NCBI GenBank assembly: GCA_963705295.1
Contig: OY970065.1
Location: forward strand, 1,824,001 to 1,888,000
DNA: 64,000 nt
DNA from: Parachlamydiales bacterium
Lineage (GTDB): Bacteria; Chlamydiota; Chlamydiia; Chlamydiales; Rhabdochlamydiaceae
Direction: 5' to 3'
How positions within the stretch are numbered: the stretch's first letter is position 1; each line of letters begins with the position of its first letter. The position numbers and the translations under genes were made by a program. Under the pieces are notes generated by a model, which searched no databases, was not told where the DNA came from, and worked only from the letters and a program-made list of their open reading frames with translations. Below are positions 1 through 9,072 of this stretch, one piece after another.

Positions 1-14
1 CGACGTCGCGCCGC

Positions 15-920
15 GTGATGTTGGCAACGCTTGTCAAAAAACCGTTCAACAGCCCGGAGTGGGTTTTTGAGATCAAATGGGATGGGTACCGCGCCCTTGC
101 CTTTAAAAACAGAGAAGTTCGTCTGATCTCTCGGAATCAAAAGTCGTTCAATTCCAAGTTTCCCTCCCTTGTCAGAGAATTGAAAAAAATTCCAGGTAAG
201 TGGATCTTCGATGGAGAAATTGTCATTTTAGATAAAAAGGGGAAATCGAATTTTCAGTTGATGCAAAATTATCTCAGAGCTCGAGAAGGGACACTTTTCT
301 ATTACGTCTTCGATATTTTATCGTATAACGGCAAAGATCTGACACAGCTTCCTCTGGTGGAACGGAAAGCGGTATTAAAGAAGCTTCTCAAAAAAGCACC
401 TGTTTCTCATATTCGATACGGAGAGGATGTGGATACATACGGGATCAACTTTTTCAAAGCCGCAGTCAAGCAAGGTCTCGAAGGGATTGTCGCCAAAAGA
501 AAAGCTAGTACGTATCAATTGGGGCGGAGCAGAGATTGGCTGAAAATTAAAAATGGATACAGGCAAGAATTTGTGATCGGAGGGTTTACCAAGCCCAAAG
601 GAAGTCGGGCCTATTTCGGTTCTCTCCTGGTGGGAGTGTATAAAAAAGGAAAACTTGTCTTTGCCGGCCATGTCGGCGGTGGATTTGACCAAAAAACTCT
701 TGAAAGTGTTTACAAAGAGCTCAAAAAACTCGTAACCACAAAATGCCCTTTCGCGAACCCTCCAAAACCCAATATGCCGGTGACATGGGTGAAGCCTAAA
801 CTGGTGTGTGAAGTGGCTTTTGCAGAATGGACATCGGAAGGGATTTTAAGGCAGCCGATTTTTAAAGGGCTCCGTGTCGATAAACCGGCTAAAGAAGTGA
901 TCCATGAAAAACCCGTTTAA
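15..920 (+). CDS. ligD: ATP-dependent DNA ligase, LigD ligase module (adenylation + OB domains); the 5' end may lie outside the window
   Basis: Motif I EIKWDGYR, FDGEIV, YVFDIL, GLEGIVAK, WLKIK, and the OB-fold GHVGGGF and VCEVAFAEWT..G.LRQP.F motifs. Confidence 0.9.
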   Translation: MMLATLVKKPFNSPEWVFEIKWDGYRALAFKNREVRLISRNQKSFNSKFPSLVRELKKIPGKWIFDGEIVILDKKGKSNFQLMQNYLRAREGTLFYYVFDILSYNGKDLTQLPLVERKAVLKKLLKKAPVSHIRYGEDVDTYGINFFKAAVKQGLEGIVAKRKASTYQLGRSRDWLKIKNGYRQEFVIGGFTKPKGSRAYFGSLLVGVYKKGKLVFAGHVGGGFDQKTLESVYKELKKLVTTKCPFANPPKPNMPVTWVKPKLVCEVAFAEWTSEGILRQPIFKGLRVDKPAKEVIHEKPV

Positions 921-1722
921 AAATTTAGATAAGGTTTTATGGAAGGAAGACGGTTACACGAAAGGTGATCTTCTAAAATATTATGAAAAAGTCGCTCCTC
1001 TGATTTTACCGTATTTGAAAGACAGGCCTTTGGTCTTAAACCGTTTTCCGGATGGAATCGAGGGTGGCCATTTTTATCAAAAAAACGCCGGAGTCCATGT
1101 TCCAAAATTCGTTAAAACCATAGCCATTCATCAAGAAAATAAATGGATCCACTATATCGTGGTTCAAAATATCGAAACACTCCTCTATGTCGCTAATCTG
1201 GTAACAGAACTCCATATTTTCAATGCTCGTATCGGTCATCTTGAAAAGCCCGATTATATGGTTTTTGATATCGATCCACTCGGTGTTCCTTTTCGTGAAA
1301 CTATCAAAACAGCAAGACTCATCCATGACATGTTGGATGAGATGGATGCACCCAACTTTTGCAAAACCTCCGGAGGAAAGGGGCTTCACATTTATGTTCC
1401 TACGCGTGGGAAGTATACTCATGATCAAATCAAAACGTTTGTCTATCTGTTTGCTATCGAAGTCCAGAAACGGCTCCCCGATTTGATTTCACTCAAAAGA
1501 ATGCCCTCAAAAAGACACAAAAAAATTTACATCGACTATCTGCAAAATAGAAGACACCAAACCATGGTGGCTCCCTATTCTGTTCGGGCTTTTCCTCACG
1601 CACCTGTCTCGATGCCGCTGAAGTGGAGCGAAGTAAAACCAGGCCTCGATCCTCTCCAATTTACCCTCAAGACCCCGATCAGAAAAACCGATGCTTTCAA
1701 AGGAGTTCTGAAACTTGGATAA
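904..1722 (+). CDS. LigD polymerase (AEP primase-polymerase) module as a stand-alone protein
   Basis: TKGDLLKYY, RPLVLNRFPDG, FYQK, catalytic VFDIDP, KTSGGKGLHIY, YIDYLQN, APYSVRA; overlaps the ligase gene by 17 nt. Confidence 0.9.
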   Translation: MKNPFKNLDKVLWKEDGYTKGDLLKYYEKVAPLILPYLKDRPLVLNRFPDGIEGGHFYQKNAGVHVPKFVKTIAIHQENKWIHYIVVQNIETLLYVANLVTELHIFNARIGHLEKPDYMVFDIDPLGVPFRETIKTARLIHDMLDEMDAPNFCKTSGGKGLHIYVPTRGKYTHDQIKTFVYLFAIEVQKRLPDLISLKRMPSKRHKKIYIDYLQNRRHQTMVAPYSVRAFPHAPVSMPLKWSEVKPGLDPLQFTLKTPIRKTDAFKGVLKLG

Positions 1723-3448
1723 ACACGACGTTGCAAAAATCTTGGATCAAATTGGAGTGTTGCTCGAGCTCAAAGGAGAAAATCCGTTTAAAATCAGGGC
1801 GTATCACAATGCCGCTCGCGCAATCGAAAACTTAGACGAAGATCTTGAGAAAATTGTCGAAGAAAAACAGCTCGAAGAAATTCCGGGCATCGGGAAAAAA
1901 ATTGCCAAAAAAATCACAACACTTATCCAGACGGGAAAATTACCGTATTTTGAAAAGCTTAAAAAAAGAACACCCGAAGGTCTTTTGCAACTCCTCCATG
2001 TTCCTGGTCTGGGAGGAAAGAAAATCAAAACGCTCTATGAAAAACTTAAAATTAAATCGACAGACGATCTTCTGACCGCCTGCAATTTAGGGAAAATTGC
2101 CAAGCTCAAAGGGTTTGGGGAAAAGACTCAAGAAAATATCCGCGCAGGAATTGCAAAATTAAAAGAATACAGTCAGCGGATTCTTTGGTGGAATGCCACG
2201 GAGATTGCACAGCCGCTCTTAGAGAAATTATGTCGGTTGAAATCGGTGAAGAAAGCCGAAGTTGCGGGGAGTTATCGAAGAAAATTAGAGACCGTTGGAG
2301 ATCTTGACTTCGTCGTGGCGTCTTCTTCTCCTGAAGTCGTCATGGATTGGTTTACCAAACTCCCAGAAGTTGCCCTCATTGCTTCTAAAGGCCCGAGAAA
2401 ATCGTCTGTCCGTCTGAAAGACGGGATTGGGGCCGATATTAGGGTAGTTCCTGAAAATCAATATCCTTTTGCTCTCCTCTATTTTACCGGATCTAAAAAT
2501 CATAACATTCACCTGAGGCAGAGAGCCCTTCATCAAGGACTTTCCTTGAATGAATACGGGATCGAGCCGGTGAAGAAAAAACACACAAAACTCCCCAAAA
2601 AAATAACTTCCGAAGAAGAAATCTATAAAACCCTCGGACTTTCTTACATTCCACCCGAGCTCCGAGAAGATTTAGGAGAAATCGAGGCTGCCGAAAAAGG
2701 GAAAATTCCAAAGCTTGTCGAAGAGATCGATATCCGGGGTGTTTTTCATTGTCATACGACTGAATCAGATGGACACAATACCCTTCAAGAAATGGTGGCG
2801 GCGGCTCAAGATCTCGGCTGGGAATATATTGGGATTTCAGACCATTCGAAATCGAGTTTTCAGGCCAATGGGATGGATGAAGATCGTCTTTTTGCCGAGC
2901 TCGAGCGGATTCGGAAACTCAACCGATCGAAAAAATTTTCAACCCATGTTTTCGCTGGACTTGAATGTGATATATTAAATAACGGCTCGCTTGATTTTCC
3001 AAACTCCGTCTTAAAACAACTCGATTTTGTGATCGTTTCAATCCATCGATCGTTCAATATGACCGAAAAAGCCATGACAAACCGGCTGATCAAAGCGATC
3101 GAAAATCCGTACACGACGATGGTGGCCCATCTCACCGGCCGGCTCCTTCTCAAAAGGGACGCCTACGCGCTCAATATTCCTAAAATCATCGATGCGTGCA
3201 TTGCCAATCACAAGATCATAGAGCTGAATGCGTTTCCCAACCGGCTCGATATGGATTGGAGATTTTGGCGGAAAGCCAAAGAAAAAGGACTCAAATGCAG
3301 CATCAACCCTGATGCCCATTCAACCGACCATCTTCTTTATTATAAAGCTGGAGTCCAGTGTGCAAGAAAAGGGTGGCTTGAAAAAGATGACATCTTCAAC
3401 ACCCTCCCCTTGTCCAAAGTACGTGATTATCTAGATTCTGCCAAGTAA
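1715..3448 (+). CDS. polX: DNA polymerase X / PHP-domain 3'-5' exonuclease
   Basis: GENPFKIRAY, HhH IPGIG and VPGLG, AGSYRR...GDLD, DIR, YFTGSK.HN; PHP motifs HCHT, SDH, H, DAH. Confidence 0.95.
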   Translation: MDKHDVAKILDQIGVLLELKGENPFKIRAYHNAARAIENLDEDLEKIVEEKQLEEIPGIGKKIAKKITTLIQTGKLPYFEKLKKRTPEGLLQLLHVPGLGGKKIKTLYEKLKIKSTDDLLTACNLGKIAKLKGFGEKTQENIRAGIAKLKEYSQRILWWNATEIAQPLLEKLCRLKSVKKAEVAGSYRRKLETVGDLDFVVASSSPEVVMDWFTKLPEVALIASKGPRKSSVRLKDGIGADIRVVPENQYPFALLYFTGSKNHNIHLRQRALHQGLSLNEYGIEPVKKKHTKLPKKITSEEEIYKTLGLSYIPPELREDLGEIEAAEKGKIPKLVEEIDIRGVFHCHTTESDGHNTLQEMVAAAQDLGWEYIGISDHSKSSFQANGMDEDRLFAELERIRKLNRSKKFSTHVFAGLECDILNNGSLDFPNSVLKQLDFVIVSIHRSFNMTEKAMTNRLIKAIENPYTTMVAHLTGRLLLKRDAYALNIPKIIDACIANHKIIELNAFPNRLDMDWRFWRKAKEKGLKCSINPDAHSTDHLLYYKAGVQCARKGWLEKDDIFNTLPLSKVRDYLDSAK

Positions 3449-3586
3449 AGCTAGAATAAGTATGATAATGAGAATGAGTCCAATGATTCCAAATGGACCG
3501 TATCCCCAACCAGAGCTATATTTCCATCTTGGAATAGCGCCGATTAACAATAGAATCAGGATTACAATGAGTATTGTGCCTAACAT
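3431..3586 (-). CDS. DUF3309-family small membrane protein (51 aa)
   Basis: MLGTILIVILILLLIGAIPRWKYSSGWGYGP.G..G matches the family pattern; AGGAGG SD just upstream of the ATG at 3586. Confidence 0.85.
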   Translation of the reverse strand: MLGTILIVILILLLIGAIPRWKYSSGWGYGPFGIIGLILIIILILALLGRI

Positions 3587-3637
3587 AATTCCTCCTTCTA
3601 TTCTCATCACTAGCATAAAGGCGAATTATTCTATGCT

Positions 3638-3803
3638 TTATTAACCCGAAGGTCAAATAGTTAACAAAAGGGCTTAGCGAGGCAAAGCCAGATTGATTCT
3701 CGCGAGGAATAACATTCTTGAATACGAAGGATTCCGAGCGAGAATCGATATGGCGAAGCCACAGCAAGCATCTTTGTTAACTATTTGACCTTCGGGTTAA
3801 TAA
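3638..3803. mobile_element. 166-bp MITE-like palindromic element with perfect 31-bp terminal inverted repeats
   Basis: 3638-3668 TTATTAACCCGAAGGTCAAATAGTTAACAAA is the exact reverse complement of 3773-3803; the interior is also self-complementary (GATTCTCGC / GCGAGAATC, GGCAAAGCC, GGCGAAGCC). Confidence 0.7.
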
Positions 3804-4863
3804 TTAAACATGTTAAAGCATGATGATCAGAAAGAGCTGTTTGGGGGTTATATAAAGAATCAAAAGCAGGAATCACCCGGCACTCTTTTATGGTTGAAGT
3901 ATTTCCAGGTTTTAAGAGAGAAATATAATCAATCTTTTCGTCACGAGTACGAGGTCCTCTTGTCCATTGCCTTGACAATTCACTCGTGCATGTCTCTTTG
4001 TCCCCGAGATACCCATGGATGAGATATCGACTCAATAATTTTCCTTCTTCAGAGTCCCTTTCGATATTCAAATCTCCAGCTATGATAGTCGGGAGTGAAG
4101 GGAGGCTTGCAAGATAGTGCACCATCTCTAGAAACTGCTCTTGTCCTTTTGCGGAAGAATGGCCTTCCAAATGGGTTGCAACAATCCGAACCTTATTATC
4201 AATTTCTAAAATCGCAAATCCCCTCCGCATAGTCCATTTATTATTGGAAAAAGGGTGATTCGAAAAATGGGAAACCGAAGTTTTTGTGAAAACCATACAT
4301 CCGCTTTCCATTCCATAACTATTGGGTCCTAAATGGATGTAAAAATGGGCAAACTCTCCGCGAAATTGCTCGATGAGGGCCTCTGCAAGAGCTGTATCAA
4401 AAACTTCCTGCAAAACGACAACATCTGCGCCACTTTTTTGAATTTCAGCAACAATACCACCCAGTCGATCTCTCCAGGGAATACATCCGCCACATGAATA
4501 TTGTAAACCTCCGGTAAATCCCAGGATATTCCACGTCATGAGTTTGATGTCATGGACCGGTTTCTCAGGGGCCCTCCCTAAAACATGGATGAACGGCTTT
4601 TTTTGGAGTGCAAAAGCTAGTTGACGAAATTGGCGACAGATCATTCCCAAAAAAACGATCGACCCGAGAGTAAAAAAAGGAGAAACTACGACACAGACCA
4701 GCGCAGCGAAGGCAACCATTCCTGTATTCAAAACACGATGCGTTAACTTATAGGAAGAATTTAAAGGAGAAATGAGTCGATGACACCACTCGGATACCGT
4801 GCAAAACGGTTCAGCCAAATCCGAAGATATATTATAAAATGTTCTATCAAGTTCGACAGCCAT
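3781..4863 (-). CDS. Endonuclease/exonuclease/phosphatase (EEP) family protein, sphingomyelinase-like, with an N-terminal hydrophobic hairpin
   Basis: LMTWNI, ADVVVLQEVFD, IVATHL, IIAGDLNI, KIDYI, LSDH; hydrophobic stretch near aa 48-76. Confidence 0.8.
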   Translation of the reverse strand: MAVELDRTFYNISSDLAEPFCTVSEWCHRLISPLNSSYKLTHRVLNTGMVAFAALVCVVVSPFFTLGSIVFLGMICRQFRQLAFALQKKPFIHVLGRAPEKPVHDIKLMTWNILGFTGGLQYSCGGCIPWRDRLGGIVAEIQKSGADVVVLQEVFDTALAEALIEQFRGEFAHFYIHLGPNSYGMESGCMVFTKTSVSHFSNHPFSNNKWTMRRGFAILEIDNKVRIVATHLEGHSSAKGQEQFLEMVHYLASLPSLPTIIAGDLNIERDSEEGKLLSRYLIHGYLGDKETCTSELSRQWTRGPRTRDEKIDYISLLKPGNTSTIKECRVIPAFDSLYNPQTALSDHHALTCLIINPKVK

Positions 4864-4911
4864 AGGAAAATTATATATTCATCCGAGAAGCAAGTAAATA
4901 TCTAAGATAAT

Positions 4912-5018
4912 TTATCCTGCATATCCTGCCGCCGAAGGCGATCCTGCACATCCTGTTCTCCTAATATGGGATGACAGGATAAACAGGATCGCCTTCGGCG
5001 GCAGGATGTGCAGGATAA
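4912..5018. repeat. Intergenic palindrome (35-bp arms, 1 mismatch) built of ATCCTG units around GCCGAAGGC
   Basis: 4912-4946 TTATCCTGCATATCCTGCCGCCGAAGGCGATCCTG vs 4984-5018 CAGGATCGCCTTCGGCGGCAGGATGTGCAGGATAA; lies directly after the ligA stop. Confidence 0.9.
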
Positions 5019-5021
5019 GAA

Positions 5022-7007
5022 TTAGAGGAGGGATTCGAATTGTTTCTCGGTGAGGGTGGGTATTTTGAGTTCTTTGGCTTTGTCGAGTTTGGAGCCGGGG
5101 TCTTCGCCGACGAGGACGAAGTCGGTATTTTTGCTGACGGATGAGGAAACTTTTCCACCTCTTTCTTTGATGAGCTGGGCGGCTTGGTCGCGGGAGTAGT
5201 TTTGGAGGGCGCCGGTTAAAACAAAGGTTTTACCAGAGAAAAGATGTCCGGTTCGGGTGATTTGCTTAGGAGGCTCGGGTTTTACACCGTGGGCAAGGAG
5301 GGCTTCGATTTCTTTTAGGTTTTTTGGGTCTTGGAAATAACTCTTGATAGCTTCGGCCATCTTCTCGCCGATCCCTTCGATGCGGAGAAGATCGTCCTGT
5401 GTCATTTTTGCAAGCTGGTGGATCGAGCCGGCTTCCTGAGCGAGGAGTTCGGCTGTTTCTTCACCGACATGGGGGATTCCGAGGGCGCAAATAAGCCGGG
5501 CCAAAGAAACGTGCCTGGATGCATCGATCCCGTGCAGAAGATTTTGGATTGACTTTTCTTTAAAGCCCTCGAGTTTGGCGAGATCGTCAGCTGTGAGGGT
5601 GTAAATATCGGACGGTTTCTTGATGAGTTTCTTTTCAACGAGCTGCTCGGCTACTTTTTCTCCCAAATGATTGATATCCATTCCGTGTTTCCCTGTAAAA
5701 TGGATGAGGCGACCCACCGTCTGAGCCGGACACTCCCGATTGGGACACCGGACAGCGACTTCCTTCTCTAGCCGTACAACGGGTGTTGCACAAACGGGAC
5801 AATGGGAGGGCATTTTCCACGGATGGGTATGGGAGGGGCGTCTTTTTTTATCAACTTCGATCACTTGAGGAATGACATCTCCCCCTTTCGCAATGACAAC
5901 ATAGTCACCTTCCCGGATATCTTTTCGAGCAACTTCCCGTTCATTGTGCAAAGTCGCCCTGGAAATCGTGCTTCCTGCAAGAAAAACAGGCTCGAGTTCT
6001 GCGACAGGAGTTAAAATCCCTGTTCTTCCGACCTGCACCCGGATTTCTCGAATGCGGGTGGTCGCTTGCAGCGGAGCAAATTTATAAGCAACAGCCCACC
6101 GTGGACTTTTCCCTGTAGTTCCGAGAAGGGGCCAATATTTTAAAGGATCGACTTTGATGACGATCCCATCGATGTCGAAGGGAAGGGTTTCCCGTTCTTT
6201 TTCAATCTTGTGTGCAAATTTTAAAATTGAATCGACACTGTCACAGACGGCCCGGTGGCGGGTAGAAAAAACAGGAAGATCGAATTGATGGAGGTATTCA
6301 TGCACTGCGTGCTGGGTCGGTACGGGTGGATTTTCCCTTTCTGCAATGCCATAGAAAACCGCCTGCAAACCCCGCTGAGCGACTTCATGAGGATCGAGGA
6401 GTTTTAAAGATCCTGCAGCAGCGTTGCGAGGATTTGCCCATGGCTCTTCACCCGCTTCTTCTTTTTCTTCATTTTGCTTTTGAAAAGCTCTGTGAGGCAT
6501 GAACACTTCACCTCGGATTTCAAGATCTCCCTCGTAAGGAATTTCTAACGGTATCGACCGGATCGTTTTCATATTCGCTGTGATGTCATCACCGACTCGT
6601 CCATCGCCCCGTGTCAGGGCCCGTGTGTATTTTCCTTTCTCGTACCGAACCGAAACAGCAACGCCATCCATCTTAAGCTCGACACAAAAAGGAACTTTTT
6701 CTTTTTCTAAAAGGCGGTGGACACGAGCGACATAATCACCCAGCTCTTCGGGATTATAGGTGTTATCGAGCGACAGCATCGGAGTGGTGTGCGTCCCATG
6801 TCTAAACCCCTTGGTGAGCGCCTCTCCGACCCGCTGTGTCGGTGAAGTGGGGGTGACCCACTCCGGATGCTCGGCTTCAATTTTTTTGAGTTTGGCATAT
6901 AGTTGATCGTACTCGTAATCAGAGATGGCAGGGTGGTTTTCTATGAAATAATGCCGGTCGTGTTTTCGGACTTCTTCAATGAGTTTTAGGTATTCACTTT
7001 TTGACAT
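5022..7007 (-). CDS. ligA: NAD-dependent DNA ligase
   Basis: ISDYEYD, PMLSLDN, ELKMDG, TRGDG, NPRNAAAGSL, C4 zinc finger, HhH repeats, C-terminal BRCT. Confidence 0.98.
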   Translation of the reverse strand: MSKSEYLKLIEEVRKHDRHYFIENHPAISDYEYDQLYAKLKKIEAEHPEWVTPTSPTQRVGEALTKGFRHGTHTTPMLSLDNTYNPEELGDYVARVHRLLEKEKVPFCVELKMDGVAVSVRYEKGKYTRALTRGDGRVGDDITANMKTIRSIPLEIPYEGDLEIRGEVFMPHRAFQKQNEEKEEAGEEPWANPRNAAAGSLKLLDPHEVAQRGLQAVFYGIAERENPPVPTQHAVHEYLHQFDLPVFSTRHRAVCDSVDSILKFAHKIEKERETLPFDIDGIVIKVDPLKYWPLLGTTGKSPRWAVAYKFAPLQATTRIREIRVQVGRTGILTPVAELEPVFLAGSTISRATLHNEREVARKDIREGDYVVIAKGGDVIPQVIEVDKKRRPSHTHPWKMPSHCPVCATPVVRLEKEVAVRCPNRECPAQTVGRLIHFTGKHGMDINHLGEKVAEQLVEKKLIKKPSDIYTLTADDLAKLEGFKEKSIQNLLHGIDASRHVSLARLICALGIPHVGEETAELLAQEAGSIHQLAKMTQDDLLRIEGIGEKMAEAIKSYFQDPKNLKEIEALLAHGVKPEPPKQITRTGHLFSGKTFVLTGALQNYSRDQAAQLIKERGGKVSSSVSKNTDFVLVGEDPGSKLDKAKELKIPTLTEKQFESLL

Positions 7008-9072
7008 GAAAGACCATCGTTGCTAAGGGCGCAAGTCTAATTAAAAAGCCGTCAGGGACCACTTGGATTGCACCATTCATTTTGCCCGATCCGCCCCATT
7101 CTGCTCGATCGGTATTCATGATTTCCTCGACCTGTTTTGCTCCTGGAAACCGGATGAAATAATTATCATAATAATTGGGTGTAAAATGGTGGACACAGAT
7201 GAGAAATTGATCGCCGCTTTTTCGGATGTAGCTGAGAACAGAATTTTGAATATCTTGAAAATCGATCCATTCGAAACCGGTCGGATCGAAATCTCTCTCC
7301 CAGAGGGGCGGATGGTCCAAATAGAAATGATTGAGACTGCGGAAGCACTCTTGCAACCGGCTGTGTCTTTCGTAGTGGAGAAGATTCCAGGCGATTTCCT
7401 CCTTGCAGTTCCACTCACTCCACTGTCCGAGCTCGCATCCCATAAAAATCAGTTTTTTCCCAGGTTGACACAGCATGTAGCTATAAAAAAGTCTGACATT
7501 TGCAAATTTTTGCCAATCGTCGCCCGGCATTTTAGAAATGAGGCTCGCTTTTCCATGAACCACCTCATCATGAGAAATAACTAAGATAAATCTCTCCGAA
7601 AAAATATAGATGAGGCCAAATGTCAAATCATTTTGATGGAACTTTCTGTGGATGGGATCTTTTTGAAAATATCTCAGCGTATCGTTCATCCAACCCATGT
7701 TCCATTTGAGATCGAAACCAAGGCCATTCCACTCGGTCGGCTGTGTCATTCCCGAAAAAGAGGTCGACTCTTCTGCGCACACCAGAGCTCGCGGGTGCAA
7801 TTGATGCATAATCGAGTTGAGATGTTTTATAAATTCGATCGCTTCGAGATTTTCGTGTCCGCCGTACGGATTGGGAATCCAATCACCCGGGTTTCGGCCA
7901 TAATCCAAATAGAGCATCGAAGCCACAGCATCGACACGGAGTCCATCGATGTGCATTTTTTCAATCCAAAAAAGAGCATTTGCCAGCAGAAAATTTGAGA
8001 CTTCGTGTCTGCCATAATTGAAAATGTACGTATTCCAGTGGGGATGAAATCCTTTGCGGGGATCTGCATGTTCATAGAGAGGCGTTCCATCAAAGCGAGC
8101 GAGGGAAAAATCATCCGTTGGGAAGTGGGCTGCGACCCAATCGAGAATAACCCCAATTCCAATAGTATGGAGATGATTCACAAAATACTGGAAATCTTCT
8201 GGAGTCCCATACCGGCATGTCACGGCATAATACCCACTCACTTGATACCCCCACGATTCATCGAGCGGGTATTCGCTGATTGGCATCAGCTCTATATGAG
8301 TGAACCCCATCATTTTGCAATAAGCACCGAGCTCATGAGCAAGCTCCCGATAACCCAGCCCTTTCTTCCATGAGCCGAGATGCACTTCATAGATATTGAG
8401 CGGCCGATTCAGATGCCCCCGTTTTTCGATCCACTCGGAATCTGCCCACTTAAATCGATCGACATCAAAAAGGGATGAGGCTGTTTTAGGACGGATTTCA
8501 CTGGCATAAGCATACGGATCGGCCTTCAATAATCTCCGACCATCTTTCGAATGGATTTCGAATTTGTATTTTTCATTCTGCTCCAGCCCTGGAATAAAAA
8601 TTTCCCAAATCCCCGAAGCTCCCATCGATCGCATCGGATAGACCCGGCCATCCCATAGATTAAAGTCGCCGACCAAAGAAACCGACTTTGCATTCGGGGC
8701 CCAAACAGCAAATTTCGCGCCGCGGCATCCTTGATGCTCCGTCAGCCTCCCTCCCATCCGATCGAAGAGTTTATAGTGGGTTCCCATTCCAAAGAGGTAG
8801 CAATCGAGCTCCCCAAAAGTCGGTAAAAAAGAGTACGGGTCGTACTGCAACACTCCATTTGCATGATAAATTTTGTAATCGAGCGGTTTTACAGATGCAG
8901 GAGCTTTCACCTCGAACAAACCGGCATCATCGACTTTCTTCGCTTCGACAATCTTACCCTGGAGTTCGATATGACAGCTCTTTGCCCCCGGACGCCAAAT
9001 CCGGATGACCTTGTCATGAAGACCTAAAACACCATGAGGATTATGTAGTTCAAACAACTCTACCTGCAACAT
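6994..9072 (-). CDS. glgB: 1,4-alpha-glucan branching enzyme
   Basis: FAVWAPNA, IYEVHLGSW, WGYQ, GLRVDAVASM, AEEST, SHDEVVHGK; ATG at 9072 is preferred over 9135. Confidence 0.97.
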   Translation of the reverse strand: MLQVELFELHNPHGVLGLHDKVIRIWRPGAKSCHIELQGKIVEAKKVDDAGLFEVKAPASVKPLDYKIYHANGVLQYDPYSFLPTFGELDCYLFGMGTHYKLFDRMGGRLTEHQGCRGAKFAVWAPNAKSVSLVGDFNLWDGRVYPMRSMGASGIWEIFIPGLEQNEKYKFEIHSKDGRRLLKADPYAYASEIRPKTASSLFDVDRFKWADSEWIEKRGHLNRPLNIYEVHLGSWKKGLGYRELAHELGAYCKMMGFTHIELMPISEYPLDESWGYQVSGYYAVTCRYGTPEDFQYFVNHLHTIGIGVILDWVAAHFPTDDFSLARFDGTPLYEHADPRKGFHPHWNTYIFNYGRHEVSNFLLANALFWIEKMHIDGLRVDAVASMLYLDYGRNPGDWIPNPYGGHENLEAIEFIKHLNSIMHQLHPRALVCAEESTSFSGMTQPTEWNGLGFDLKWNMGWMNDTLRYFQKDPIHRKFHQNDLTFGLIYIFSERFILVISHDEVVHGKASLISKMPGDDWQKFANVRLFYSYMLCQPGKKLIFMGCELGQWSEWNCKEEIAWNLLHYERHSRLQECFRSLNHFYLDHPPLWERDFDPTGFEWIDFQDIQNSVLSYIRKSGDQFLICVHHFTPNYYDNYFIRFPGAKQVEEIMNTDRAEWGGSGKMNGAIQVVPDGFLIRLAPLATMVFHVKK

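Noticed and set aside
1..20. Possible frameshift just before the ligase ATG (D-V-A-P in another frame would join M-L-A-T-L)
   Set aside because: Only 14 nt of upstream context at the window edge; cannot be distinguished from chance.
4912..5018. Simple rho-independent terminator of ligA
   Set aside because: 35-bp arms, no U tract and related copies elsewhere, so reported as a repeat family. A terminator role is not excluded.
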